Assembly: GCA_964016885.1 (NCBI GenBank)
Contig: OZ024748.1
Coordinates: 41,788,001-41,852,000 of the forward strand
Direction: 5' to 3'
From: Eledone cirrhosa
Taxonomy: Eukaryota
Length of the DNA: 64,000 bases
Shown here: piece after piece, positions 30,001-42,918 of the stretch
Numbering within the stretch: position 1 is the stretch's first letter
Layout: every line of letters starts with the position of its first letter
Notes under the pieces: model-generated
What the model was told of the DNA's origin: nothing
What the model saw: the letters and a program-made list of their open reading frames with translations, nothing else
Databases searched by the model: none
Position numbers and translations under genes: made by a program

Positions 30001-33000
30001 AGGTGTGCGAAGACAGACAGACAGACGTGAGAGAGACACTAGGACAATTATAGACAGGTGGGGGGAATGTCAGGTGAGCAGAGACAGACAGACAGACGTG
30101 AGAGAGAAACTAGGATAATTATAGACAGGTGGGGGGAATGTCAGGTGAGCAGAGACACACAGACAGACGTGAGAGAGAGACCAGGACAATTATAGACAGG
30201 TGAGGGGGAATATCAGATGAGCAGAGACAGACAGACGTGAGAGAGACACTAGGACAATTATAGACAGGTGAAGGGGAAAGACAGGTGAGCAGAGACAGAC
30301 AGACATGAGAGAGACACTAGGACAATTATAGACAGGTGAGAGGGAATGTCAGGTGAGCAGAGACAGACAGCCAGACGTGAGAGAGACACTAGGACATTTA
30401 TAGACAGGTAGAGGGAATGTCAGGTGAGCAGAGACAGACAGACGTGAGAGAGACACTAGGACAATTATAGACAGGTCAGAGGAAATGTCAGGTGAGCAGA
30501 GACAGACAGACAGACGTGAGAGAGACACTAGATTATTATAGACAGGTGGGAGGAATGTCAGGTGAACAGAGAGAGACAGACGTGAGAGAGACACTAGGAC
30601 AATTATAGACAGGTGGGGGGAATGTCATGTGAGCAGAGACAGACAGACAGATGTGAGAGACACTAGGACAATTAAAGACAAGTGTGGGGAATGTCAGGTG
30701 AGCAGAGACAGACAGACAGACGTGAGAGAGACACTAGGACAATTTTAGACAGGTGGGGGGAATGTACGTGAGCAGAGACAGACAGACGTGACAGACAGAC
30801 TAGGACATTTATAGACAGGTGGGGAGAATGTCAGGTGAGCAGAGACAGACAGACATGAGGGAGACACTAGGACAATTATAGACAGGTGACGGGGAATCTC
30901 AGGTGAGCAGAGACAGACAGACATGAGGGAGACACTAGGACAATTATAGACAGGTGACGGGGAATCTCAGGTGAGCAGAGACAGACAGACGTGAGAGAGA
31001 CACTAGGACAATTATAGACAGATGGGGAGAATCTCAGGTGAGCAGAAACAGACAGACAGACCTGATAGAATCTAGGACAATTATAGACAGGTGAGGGGAA
31101 TGTCAGGTGTGCAGAGACAGACAGACAGATGTGAGAGAGACACTAGGACAATTATAGACAGGTGGGAGGAATATCAGGTGAGCAGAGACAGACATACAGA
31201 CGTGAGAGAGACACTAGGACAATTATAGACAGGTGGGGAATGTCAGGTGTGCGAAGACAGACAGACAGACGTGAGAGAGACACTAGGACAATTATAGACA
31301 GGTGGGGGAATGTCAGGTGAGCAGAGACAGACAGACGGACGTGAGAGAGAAACTAGGATAATAATAGACAGGTGGGGGGAATGTCAGGTGAGCAGACGCA
31401 AACAGACAGACGTGAGAGAGACACTAGGACAATTATAGTCAGTGGAGGGAATGTCAGGTGAGCAGAGACACACAGACAGACGTGAGAGAGAGACCAGGAC
31501 AATTATAGACAGGTGAGGGGGAATATCAGATGAGCAGAGACAGACAGACGTGAGAGAGACACTAGGACAATTATAGACAGGTGGGGGGAATGTCAGGTGA
31601 ACAGTGACAGACAGACAGACGTGAGAGACAGACCAGGACTAGTATAGACAGGTGGGGGGAATGTGAGGTGAGCAGAGACAGACAGACATGAGGGAGATAC
31701 TAGGATAATTATAGACAGGTGAGGGGGATTGTCAGGTAAGCTGAGACAGACAGACGTGAGAGAGACACTAGGACAAATATAGACAAGTGGAAGGAATGTC
31801 AGGTGAGCAGGGACAGACAGACGTTTGAGACAGACTAGGACAATTATAGACAGGTGGGCAGAATGTCAGGTGAGCAGAGACAGACAGACGTGAGGGAGAC
31901 ACTAGGACAATTATAGTCAGGTGGAGGGAATGTCAGGTGAGCAGAGACAGACAGACAGACGTGAGAGAGACACTAGGACAATTATAGACAGGTGAGGGGG
32001 CATGTCAGGTGAGCAGAGACAGACAGACGTGAGGGAGACACTAGGACAATTATAGACAGGTGGGAGGAATGTCAGGTGAGCAGAGACAGACACACGTGAG
32101 AGAGACACTAGGACAATTATAGTCAGGTGGAGGGAATGTCAGGTGAGCAGAGACAGACAGACAGACGTGAGAGAGATACTAGGACAATTATAAACAGGTG
32201 GGGGTAATGTCAGGTGATCAGAGACAGACACCCAGACGTGAGAGAGACACTAGGACAATTATAGACAGGTGGGGGGGAATGTCAGGTGAGCAGAGACAGA
32301 CAGACAGATGTGAGAGACAGACCAGGACAATTATAGACAGGTGAGGGGGAATGTCAGGTGAGCAGAGACAGACGGACATGAGAGAGACACTAGGACAGTT
32401 ATAGACAGGTGAGGGGGAATGTCAGGTGAGCAGAGACAGACAGACGTGAGAGAGACACTAGGACAATTATAGACAGGTGAGGGGGAAAGTCAGGTGAGCA
32501 GAGACAGACAGACAGACGTGAGAGAGACACTAGGACAATTATAGACAGGTGAGAGGGAATGTCAGGTGAGCAGAGACAGACAGCCAGACGTGAGAGAGAC
32601 ACTAGGACAATTATAGACAGGTAGAGGGAATGTCAGGTGAGCAGAGACAGACAGACGTGAGAGAGACACTAGGACAACTATAGACAGGTGAGAGGGAATG
32701 TCAGGTGAGCAGAGACAGACAGACAGACGTGAGACAGAGACTAGGACAATTATAGTCAGGTGGGGGGAATGTCATGTGAGTAGAGACAGACAGACATGAG
32801 AGAGACACTAGGACAATTATAGACAGGTGATGGGGAATCTCAGGAGAGCAGAGAAAGACAGACGTGAGAGAGACACTAGGACAATTATAGACAGGTGGGA
32901 GGAACGTCAGGTGAGCAGAGACAGACAGACAGACACGTTAGAGAGACACTATGACAATTATAGACAGGTGGGAGGAATGTCAGGTGAGCAGAGACGGACA

Positions 33001-36000
33001 GACAGACGTGAGAGAGACACTAGGACAATTATAGTCAGGTGGAGGGAATGTCAGGTGAGCAGAGACAGACAGACAGACGTGAGAGAGACACTAGGACAAT
33101 TATAAACAGATGGGGGTAATGTCAGGTGAGCAGAGACAGACACACAGACGTGAGAAAGACACTAGGACAATTATAGACAGGTGGGGGTAATGTCAGGTGA
33201 ACAGAGACAGACACACAGATGTGAGAGAGACACTAGGACAATTATAGACAGGTGGGGGGAATGTCAGGTGAGCAGAGACAGACAGAGGTGAGAGACAGAC
33301 CAGGACAATTATAGACAGGTGAGGGGGAATGTCAGTGAGCAGAGACAGACAGACGTGAGAGAGACACTAGGACAATTATAGACAGGTGGGGGGAATGTCA
33401 GGTGAGCAGAGACAGACAGACGTGAGAGAGACACTAGGACAATTATAGACAGGTGGGGGGAATGTCAGGTGAGCAGAGACAGACAGACAGACGTGAGAAA
33501 GACACTAGGACAATTATAGACAGGTGGGGGAATGTCAGGTGAGCAAAGACAGAGAGACAGACGTGAGAGAGACGCTAGGACAATTATAGACAGGTGGGGG
33601 GAATGTCAGGTGAGCAGAGACAGACAGACAGACGTGAGACAGACATTACGACAATTATAGACAGGTGGGGGCAAATGTCAGGTGAGCAGAGACAGACAGA
33701 CAGACGTGAGAGTGACACTATGACAATTATAGACAGGTGGAGGAAATGTCAGGTGAGCAGAGACAGACAGACGTGAGCGACAGACTAGGACAATTATAGA
33801 CACGTGGGAGGAATGTCAGATAAGCAGAGACAGACAGACAGATGTGAGAGAGACACTAGGCCAATTATAGACAGGTGGGGAGAATGTCAGGTGAGCAGAG
33901 ACAGACAGACGTGAGAGAGACACTAGGACAATTATAGACAGGTGGGAGGAATGTCAGGTGAGCAGAGACAGACAGACAGACGTGAGAGACACTATGACAA
34001 TTATAGACAGGTGAGGGGAATGTCAGGTGAGCAGAGACAGACAGACAGACGTGAGAGAGACACTACGACAATTATAGACAGGTGGGGGAAATGTCAGGTG
34101 AGCAGAGATAGACAGACAAACGTGAGAGACAGACCAGGACAAGTATAGACAGGTGAGAGGGAATGTTAGGCGAGCAGAGACAGACAGACGTGTGAGACAG
34201 ACTAGGACAATTATAGACAGGTGGGGGGAATGTCAGGTGAGCAGAGACAGACAGACGTGAGAGAGACACTAGGACAATTATAGACAGGTGGGAGGAATGT
34301 CAGGTGAGCAGAGACAGACAGACGTGAGAGAGACACTAGGAGAATGATAGACAGGTGGGGGGAATGTCAGGTGAGCAGAGACAGACAGACGTGAGAGGGA
34401 AACTAGGACAATTATAGACAGGTGAGGGGGAATCTCACGTGAGCAGAGACAGACAGACAGACGTGAGTGAGACACTAGGACAATTATAGACAGGTGAGGG
34501 GGAATCTCAAGTGAGCAGAGAGAGACAGCCAGACGTGAGAGAGACACTAGGACAATTATAGACAGGTAGAGGGAATGTCAGGTGAGCAGAGACAGACAGA
34601 CGTGAGAGAGACACTAGGACAATTATAGACAGGTGAGAGGGAATGTCAGGTGAGCAGAGACAGACAGACAGACGAGAGAGAGAGACTAGGACAATTATAG
34701 ACAGGTGGGGGGAATGTCAGGTGAGCAGAGACAGACAGACAGACGTGAGACAGAGACTAGGACAATTATAGACAGGTGGGGGGAATGTCAGGTGAGCAGA
34801 GACAGACAGACATGAGAGAGACACTAGGACAATTATATATAGGTGGGGGGAATGTCAGGTGAGCAGAGACAGACAGACGTGTGAGACAGACTAGGACAAT
34901 TATAGTCAGGTGAGGGGGAATGTCAGGTGAGCAGAGACAGACAGACGTGAGAGAGACACTAGGACAATTATAGACAGGTGAGAGGGAATGACAGGTGAGC
35001 AGAGACAGACAGACGTGAGAGAAACTAGGACAATTATAGATAGGTGGGGGGAATGTCAGGTGATCAGAGACAGACAGACGTGAGAGAAACTAGGAGAATT
35101 ATAGACAAGTGGGGGGAATGTCAGGTGAGCAGAGACAGACAGATGTGAGAGAGACACTAGGACAATTATAGACAGGTGGGAGGAATGTCAGGTGAGCAGA
35201 GACAGACAGACAGACGTGAGAGACACTATGACAATTATAGACAGGTGAGGGGAATGTCAGGTGAGCAGAGACAGACAGACAGACGTGAGAGAGACACTAC
35301 GACAATTATAGACAGGTGGGGTAATGTCAGGTGAGCAGAGACAGACAGACGTGAGAGAGACACTAGGAGAATAATAGACAGGTGGGGGGAATGTCAGGTG
35401 AGCAGAGACAGACAGACAGATGTGAGAGACAGACCAGGACAATTATAGACAGGTGGGGGGAATGTCAGGTGAGCAGAGACAGACAGAGGTGAGAGACAGA
35501 CCAGGACAATTATAGACAGGTGAGGGGGAATGTCAGGTGAGCAGAGAGAGACAGACGTGAGAGAGACACTAGGACAATTATAGACAGGTGGGGGGAATGT
35601 CAGGTGAGCAGAGACAGACAGACGTGACAACGACACTAGGACAATTATAGACAGGTGGGAGGAATGTCAGGTCAGCAGAGACAGACAGACAGACGTGAGA
35701 GAGACACTAGGACAATTATAGACAGGTGGGGGTAATGTCAGGTGAGCAGAGACAGACACACAGACGTGAGAGAGACACTAGGACAATTATAGACAGGTGG
35801 GCAGAATGTCAGGTGAGCAGAGACAGACAGACGTGAGAGAGACACTATGACAATTATAGACAGGTGAGAGGGAATGTCAGGTGAGCAGAGAAAGACAGAC
35901 GTGAGAGAAACTCGGACAATTATAGATAGGTGGGGGGAATGTCAGGTGAGCAGAAACAGACAGACGTGAGAGAAACTAGGAGAATTATAGACAGGTGGGG

Positions 36001-39000
36001 GGGAATGTCAGGTGAGCAGAGACAGACAGACAGACGAGAGAGAGAGACTAGGACAATTATAGACAGGTGGGGTGAATGTCAGGTGAGCAGAGACAGACAG
36101 ACAGACGTGAGACAGAGACTAGGACAATTATAGACAGGTGGGGGGAATGTCAGGTGAGCAGAGACAGACAGACGTGTGAGACAGACTAGGACAATTATAG
36201 TCAGGTGGGGGGAATGTCATGTCAGTAGAGACAGACAGACATGAGAGAGACACTAGGACAATTATAGACAAGTGATGGGGAATCTCAGGTGAGCAGAGAA
36301 AGACAGACGTGAGAGAGACACTAGGATAATTATAGACAGGTGGCAGGAATGTCAGGTGAGCAGAGACAGACAGACAGACGTGAGAGAGACACTATGACAA
36401 TTATAGACAGGTGGGGTGAACGTCAGGTGAGCAGAGACAGACAGACCGACATGAGAGAGACACTAGGACAATTATAGACAGGTGGGGGGAATGTCAGGTG
36501 AGCAGAGACAGACAGACAGATGTGAGAGACAGACCAGGACAATTATAGACAGGTGAGGGGGAATGTCAGGTGAGCAGAGACAGACAGACATGAGAGAGAC
36601 ACTAGGACAATTATAGACAGGTGGGGGGCATGTCAGGTGAGCAGAGACAGACAGACGTGAGAGAGACACTAGGACAATTATAGACAGGTGGGGGAATGTC
36701 AGGTGAGCAGAGACAGACAGACAGACGTGAGAAAGACACTAGGACAATTATAGACAGGTGGGGGAATGTCAGGTGAGCAAAGACAGAGAGACAGACGTGA
36801 GAGAGACGCTAGGACAATTATAGACAGGTGGGGGGAATGTCAGGTGAGCAGAGACAGACAGACAGACGTGAGACAGACATTATGACAATTATAGACAGGT
36901 GGAGGAAATGTCAGGTGAGCAGAGACAGACAGACGTGAGCGACAGACTAGGACAATTATAGACACGTGGGAGGAATGTCAGATAAGCAGAGACAGACAGA
37001 CAGATGTGAGAGAGACACTAGGCCAATTATAGACAGGTGGGGAGAATGTCAGGTGAGCAGAGACAGACAGACGTGAGAGAGACACTAGGACAATTATAGA
37101 CAGGTGGGAGGAATGTCAGGTGAGCAGAGACAGACAGACAGACGTGAGAGAGACACTACGACAATTATAGACAGGTGGGGGAAATGTCAGGTGAGCAGAG
37201 ATAGACAGACAAACGTGAGAGACAGACCAGGACAAGTATAGACAGGTGAGAGGGAATGTTAGGCGAGCAGAGACAGACAGACGTGTGAGACAGACTAGGA
37301 CAATTATAGACAGGTGGGGGGAATGTCAGGTGAGCAGAGACAGACAGACGTGAGAGAGACACTAGGACAATTATAGACAGGTGGGAGGAATGTCAGGTGA
37401 GCAGAGACAGACAGACGTGAGAGAGACACTAGGAGAATGATAGACAGGTGGGGGGAATGTCAGGTGAGCAGAGACAGACAGACGTGAGAGGGAAACTAGG
37501 ACAATTATAGACAGGTGAGGGGGAATCTCACGTGAGCAGAGACAGACAGACAGACGTGAGTGAGACACTAGGACAATTATAGACAGGTGAGGGGGAATCT
37601 CAAGTGAGCAGAGAGAGACAGCCAGACGTGAGAGAGACACTAGGACAATTATAGACAGGTAGAGGGAATGTCAGGTGAGCAGAGACAGACAGACGTGAGA
37701 GAGACACTAGGACAATTATAGACAGGTGGGGGGAATGTCAGGTGAGCAGAGACAGACAGACAGACGTGAGACAGAGACTAGGACAATTATAGACAGGTGG
37801 GGGGAATGTCAGGTGAGCAGAGACAGACAGACATGAGAGAGACACTAGGACAATTATATATAGGTGGGGGGAATGTCAGGTGAGCAGAGACAGACAGACG
37901 TGTGAGACAGACTAGGACAATTATAGTCAGGTGAGGGGGAATGTCAGGTGAGCAGAGACAGACAGACGTGAGAGAGACACTAGGACAATTATAGACAGGT
38001 GAGAGGGAATGACAGGTGAGCAGAGACAGACAGACGTGAGAGAAACTAGGACAATTATAGATAGGTGGGGGGAATGTCAGGTGATCAGAGACAGACAGAC
38101 GTGAGAGAAACTAGGAGAATTATAGACAAGTGGGGGGAATGTCAGGTGAGCAGAGACAGACAGATGTGAGAGAGACACTAGGACAATTATAGACAGGTGG
38201 GAGGAATGTCAGGTGAGCAGAGACAGACAGACAGACGTGAGAGACACTATGACAATTATAGACAGGTGAGGGGAATGTCAGGTGAGCAGAGACAGACAGA
38301 CAGACGTGAGAGAGACACTACGACAATTATAGACAGGTGGGGGAAATGTCAGGTGAGCAGAGACAGACAGACAAACGTGAGAGACAGACCAGGACAATTA
38401 TAGACAGGTGAGAGGGAATGTCAGGTGAGCTAAGAGAGACAGACAGACAGACAGACGTGAGAGAAACAGACCAGGACAATTATAGACATGTGGAGGGAAG
38501 TCAGTTGAGCAAAGACAGACAGACAGACGTGAGAGACACACTAGGACAATTATAGACAGGTGAGAGGGAATGTCAGGTGAGTAGAGACAGACAGACAGAC
38601 GTGAGAGAGACACTAGGAGAATTATAGACAGGTGGGGGGAATGTCAGGTGAGCAGAGAGAGACAGACGTGAGAGGGAGACTAAGACAATTATAGACAGGT
38701 GAGGGGGAATCTCACGTGAGCAGAGACAGACAGACAGACGTGAGTGAGACACTAGGACAATTATAGACAGGTGGGGGGAATGTCAGGTGAGCAGAGACGG
38801 ACAGACAGACGTGAGAAAGACACTAGGACAATTATAGACAGGTGGCGGGCATGTCAGGTGAGCAGAGACAGACAGACAGACGTGAGAGAGACACTAGGAC
38901 AATTATAGACAGGTGGGAGGAATGTCAGGTGAGCAGAGACAGACAGACAGACGGGAGAGAGACACTAGGACAATTATAGACAGGTGGGGGCGAATGTCAG

Positions 39001-41945
39001 GTGAGCAGAGACAGACAGACAGACGTGAGAGAGACACTACGACAATTATAGACAGGTGGGGGAAATGTCAGGTGAGCAGAGACAGACAGACGTGAGAGAC
39101 AGACTAGGACAATTACAGACAGGTGGGAGGAATGTCAGATGAGCAGAGACAGACAGACGCGAGAGGGAAACTAGGACAATTATAGACAGGTGAGGGGGAA
39201 TCTCACGTGAGCAGAACAGGCGTGAATGAGACACTAGGACAATTATAGACAGGTGGGGGGAATGTCTGGTGAGCAGAGACAGACAGACTTGAGAGAAACT
39301 AGGACAATTATAGACAGGTGGGGGGAATGTCAGGTGATCACAGACAGACAGACGTGAGAGGGACACTAGGACAATTATAGACAGGTGGGGGGAATGTCAG
39401 GTGAGCAGAGACAGACAGACGTGAGAGGGAAACTAGGACAATTATAGACAGGTGGGGGGAATGTCAGGTGAGCAGAGACAGACAGACGTGAGAGGGAAAC
39501 TAGGACAATTATAGACAGGTGAGGGGGAATCTCACGTGAGCAGAGACAGACAGACAGACGTGAGTGAGACACTAGGACAATTATAGACAGATGAGGGGGA
39601 ATCTCAAGTGAGCAGAGAGAGACAGACAGACGTGAGTGAGACACTAGGACAATTATAGACAGGTGGGGGGAATGTCAGGTGAGCAGAGACAGACAGACAG
39701 ATGTGAGAAAGACACTAGGACAATTATAGACAGGTGGGGGAATGTCAGGTGAGCAAAGACAGAGAGACAGACGTGAGAGAGACACTAGGACAATTATAGA
39801 CAGGTGGGGGGAATGTCAGGTGAGCAGACAGACGTGAGAGAGACAGTAGGATAATTATAGACAGGTGGGGGCGAATGTCAGGTGAGCAGAGACAGACAGA
39901 CGTGAGAGAGACACTAGGACAATTATAGACAGTTGGGAGGAATGTCAGGTGAGCAGAGACAGACAGACAGACGAGAGAGAGACACTAGGACAATTATAGA
40001 CAGGTGGGGGGAATGTCAGGTGAGCAGAGACAGACAGACAGACGTGAGACAGAGACTAGGGCAATTATAGACAGGTGGGGGGAATGACAGGTGAGTAGAG
40101 ACAGGCAGACAGACGTGAGTGAGGCACTAGGACAATTATAGACAGGTGGGGGGAATGTCAGGTGAGCAGAGACAGACAGACATGAGAGAAACTAGGACAA
40201 TTATAGACAGTTGGGGGGAATGTCTGGTGAGCAGAGACAGACAGACGTGAGAGAAACTAGGACAATTATAGACAGGTGGGGGGAATGTCAGGTGAGCAGA
40301 GACAGACAGACAGACGTGAGAGGGACACTAGGACTATTATAGACAGGTGGGGGGAATATCAGGTTAGCAGAGACAGACAGACAGACGTGAGAAAGACACT
40401 AGGACAATTATAGACAGGTGGGGGGAATGTCAGGTGAGCAGAGACAGACAGACAGACGTGAGAGAAACTAGGAGAATTATAGACAGGTGGGGGGAATGTC
40501 AGGTGAGCAGAGACAGACAGACAGAAGAGAGAGAGAGACTAGGACAATTATAGACAGGTGGGGGGAATGTCAGGTGAGCAGAGACAGACAGACGTGAGAC
40601 AGAGACTAGGACAATTATAGACAGGTGGGGGGAATGACAGATGAGCAGAGACAGACAGACGTGAGAGAAACACTAGGACAATTATAGACAGGTGGGGGGA
40701 ATGTCAGGTGAGCAGAGACAGACAGACATGAGAGAGACACTAGGACAATTATATATAGGTGGGGGGAATGTCAGGTGAGCAGAGACAGACAGACATGAGA
40801 GAGACACTAGGACAATTATATATAGGTGGGGGGAATGTCAGGTGAGCAGAGACAGACAGACGTGAGAGAGACACTAGGACAATTATAGACAGGTGGGAGG
40901 AATGTCAGGTGAGCAGAGACAGACAGACGTGAGAGGGAAACTAGGACAATTATAGACAGGTGAGGGGGAATCTCAGGTGAGCAGAGAAAGACAGACGTGA
41001 GAGAGACACTAGGACAATTATAGACAGGTGGGAGGAATGTCAGGTGAGCAGAGACAGACAGACGTGAGAGGGAAACTAGGACAATTATAGACAGGTGAGG
41101 GGGAATCTCACGTGAGCAGAGACAGACAGACAGACGTGAGTGAGACACTATGACAATTATAGACAGGTGGGGGGGGGGAATGTCAGGTGAGCAGAGACAG
41201 ACAGACCGACATGAGAGAGACACTAGGACAATTATAGACAGGTGGGGGGAATGTCAGGTGAGCAGAGACAGACAGACGTGAGAGGGAAACTAGGACAATT
41301 ATAGACAGGTGAGGGGGAATCTCAAGTGAGCAGAGAGAGACAGACAGACGTGAGTGAGACACTAGGACAATTATAGACAGGTGGGGGGAATGTCTGGTGA
41401 GCAGAGACAGACAGACAGACGTGAGGGGGACACTAGGACTATTATAGACAGGTGGTGGGAATGTCAGGTGAGCAGAGACAGACAGACAGAAGTGAGAAAG
41501 ACACTAGGACAATTATAGACAGGTGGGGGAATGTCAGGTGAGCAAAGACAGAGAGACAGACGTGAGAGAGACACTAGGACAATTATAGACAGGTGGGGGG
41601 ATGTCAGGTGAGCAGACAGACGTGAGAGAGACACTAGGATAATTATAGACAGGTGGGGGAATGTCAAGTGAGCAGAGACAGACAGATAGACCTGAGAAAG
41701 ACACTAGGACAATTATAGATAGGTGGTGGAATGTCAGGTGAGCAAAGACAGACAGACAGACGTGAAAGAGACACTAGGACAATTATAGACAGGTGGTGAA
41801 ATGTCAGGTGAGCAAAGACAAAGAGACAGATATGAGAGAGACACTAGGATAATTATAGACAGGTGGGGGGGAATGTCAGGTGAGCAGAGACAGACAGACG
41901 TGAGAGAGACACTAGGACAATTATAGACAGGTGGGGGTAATGTCA
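1..41945. repeat. Satellite array, 67/71-bp monomer (consensus CTAGGACAATTATAGACAGGTGGGGGGAATGTCAGGTGAGCAGAGACAGAC(AGAC)AGACGTGAGAGAGACA), roughly 600 monomers, open at the left window edge
   Basis: Continuous head-to-tail repeats. Period is 67 bp (ACAATT at 3181 and 3248), or 71 bp with one extra AGAC. The array ends abruptly at ...GTGGGGGTAATGTCA near 41945. Copy number is estimated as length divided by period. Confidence 0.99.
16560..25665. repeat. Four tandem copies of a 2,276-bp higher-order repeat (about 33 monomers); two more copies at about 4140-8690
   Basis: Identical variant-monomer ORFs recur at exact 2,276-bp spacing (17133/19409/21685/23961; 18381/20657/22933/25209; 5957/8233). 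Confidence 0.93.
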
Positions 41946-42038
41946 TTTGATTGTTAACACGTTATCCGGTTAATATCAGAGACAGACAGACAGACAGACA
42001 TGCACACCCCATAATCATGGTCTTACTGGAATACTTTT

Positions 42039-42582
42039 AATCATAGTTCTGTTAAGTCAGGGACCAATTTGGGAGCTAAATCATAGACCTACTAAGTCAG
42101 GGACCAACTTGGGAGCTAAATCATAGACCTACTAAGTCAGGGACCAGCTTGGGATCTAAATCATAGACCTACTGAGTCAGGGACCAATTTGGGAGCTAAA
42201 GCATAGATCTACTAAGTCAGGGACCAGCTTGGGATCTAAATCATAGACCTACTGAGTCAGGGACCAATTTGGGAGCTAAAGCATAGATCTACTAAGTCAG
42301 GGACCAACTTGGGAGCCAAATCATAGATCTACTAAGTCAGGGACCAATTTGGGAGCTAAAGCATAGATCTACTAAGTCAGGGACCAACTTGGGAGCTAAA
42401 TCATAGACCTACTGAGTCAGGGACCAGCATCATAGACCTACTGAGTCAGGGACCAGCTTGGGAGCTAAATCATAGACCTACTGAGTCAGGGACCAGCTTG
42501 GGAGCTAAATCATAGACCTACTGAGTCAGGGACCAGCTTGGGAGCTAAATCATAGATCTACTGAGTCAGGGACCAGCTTGGT
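42039..42582. repeat. 40-bp minisatellite (ACTAAGTCAGGGACCAACTTGGGAGCTAAATCATAGACCT), about 13 copies, one shortened unit near 42421
   Basis: Visible 40-bp periodicity. Confidence 0.95.
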
Positions 42583-42605
42583 AAGTAAACATGACAATAA
42601 CAAAC

Positions 42606-42732
42606 CTTTTTAAAATCTCTGCAGACATTTGGAAAACAGTAGTGATATTTCTTGAAGTCTCTGATACTGACAGATTTCAAAACTATGACAAACGTAGACG
42701 AGATTAACTGACTATATTTTAGTTCGCACCAC
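42606..42732 (-). CDS. REXO5: REXO5-like coding exon 3 (127 nt): (R)WCELKYSQLISSTFVIVLKSVSIRDFKKYHYCFPNVCRDFKK
   Basis: Acceptor TTTCTGTTTTTTAG and donor AAG|GTTTGT. The phase-2 start completes the AG|G Arg codon from the previous exon. The peptide resembles the KP-x-WC-x-L...VVxVL N-terminal motif of REXO5/Rex1-family exonucleases. Confidence 0.85.
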
Positions 42733-42918
42733 CTAAAAAACAGAAATGGGGACAGATTTAAAACATCATCAAATCACCACCACATTAACAAGAAGAGCAT
42801 TGACAAAAATAATAGCAAAAACCAGAAGTTATCCTCTCATATACCAATAATCACTTATCCTTTTAGTTTGCAAACAGCCTGAAATCACCCCAGGTTCTGT
42901 GATACAAAACTATCTGTT

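Noticed and set aside
1-41945. Recursive-splicing ratchet sites or canonical G-quadruplex array
   Set aside because: On the gene's strand the AG is followed by TG/TT, not GT. G-runs are about 69 bp apart, too far for canonical intramolecular G4.
154-41946. Dozens of 60-135 aa ORFs within the satellite
   Set aside because: They are translations of the monomer, mostly with GTG starts, recurring at the HOR period, with frame-breaking 67/71-bp units.
42027-42050. Possible 22-nt micro-exon on the minus strand (AG...GTAAGA)
   Set aside because: It has an in-frame TAA in the required phase and overlaps the repeat edge.
1-42582. CRISPR-like array interpretation of the repeats
   Set aside because: There are no unique spacers, variation is point mutation and slippage, there are no cas genes, and the context is eukaryotic.
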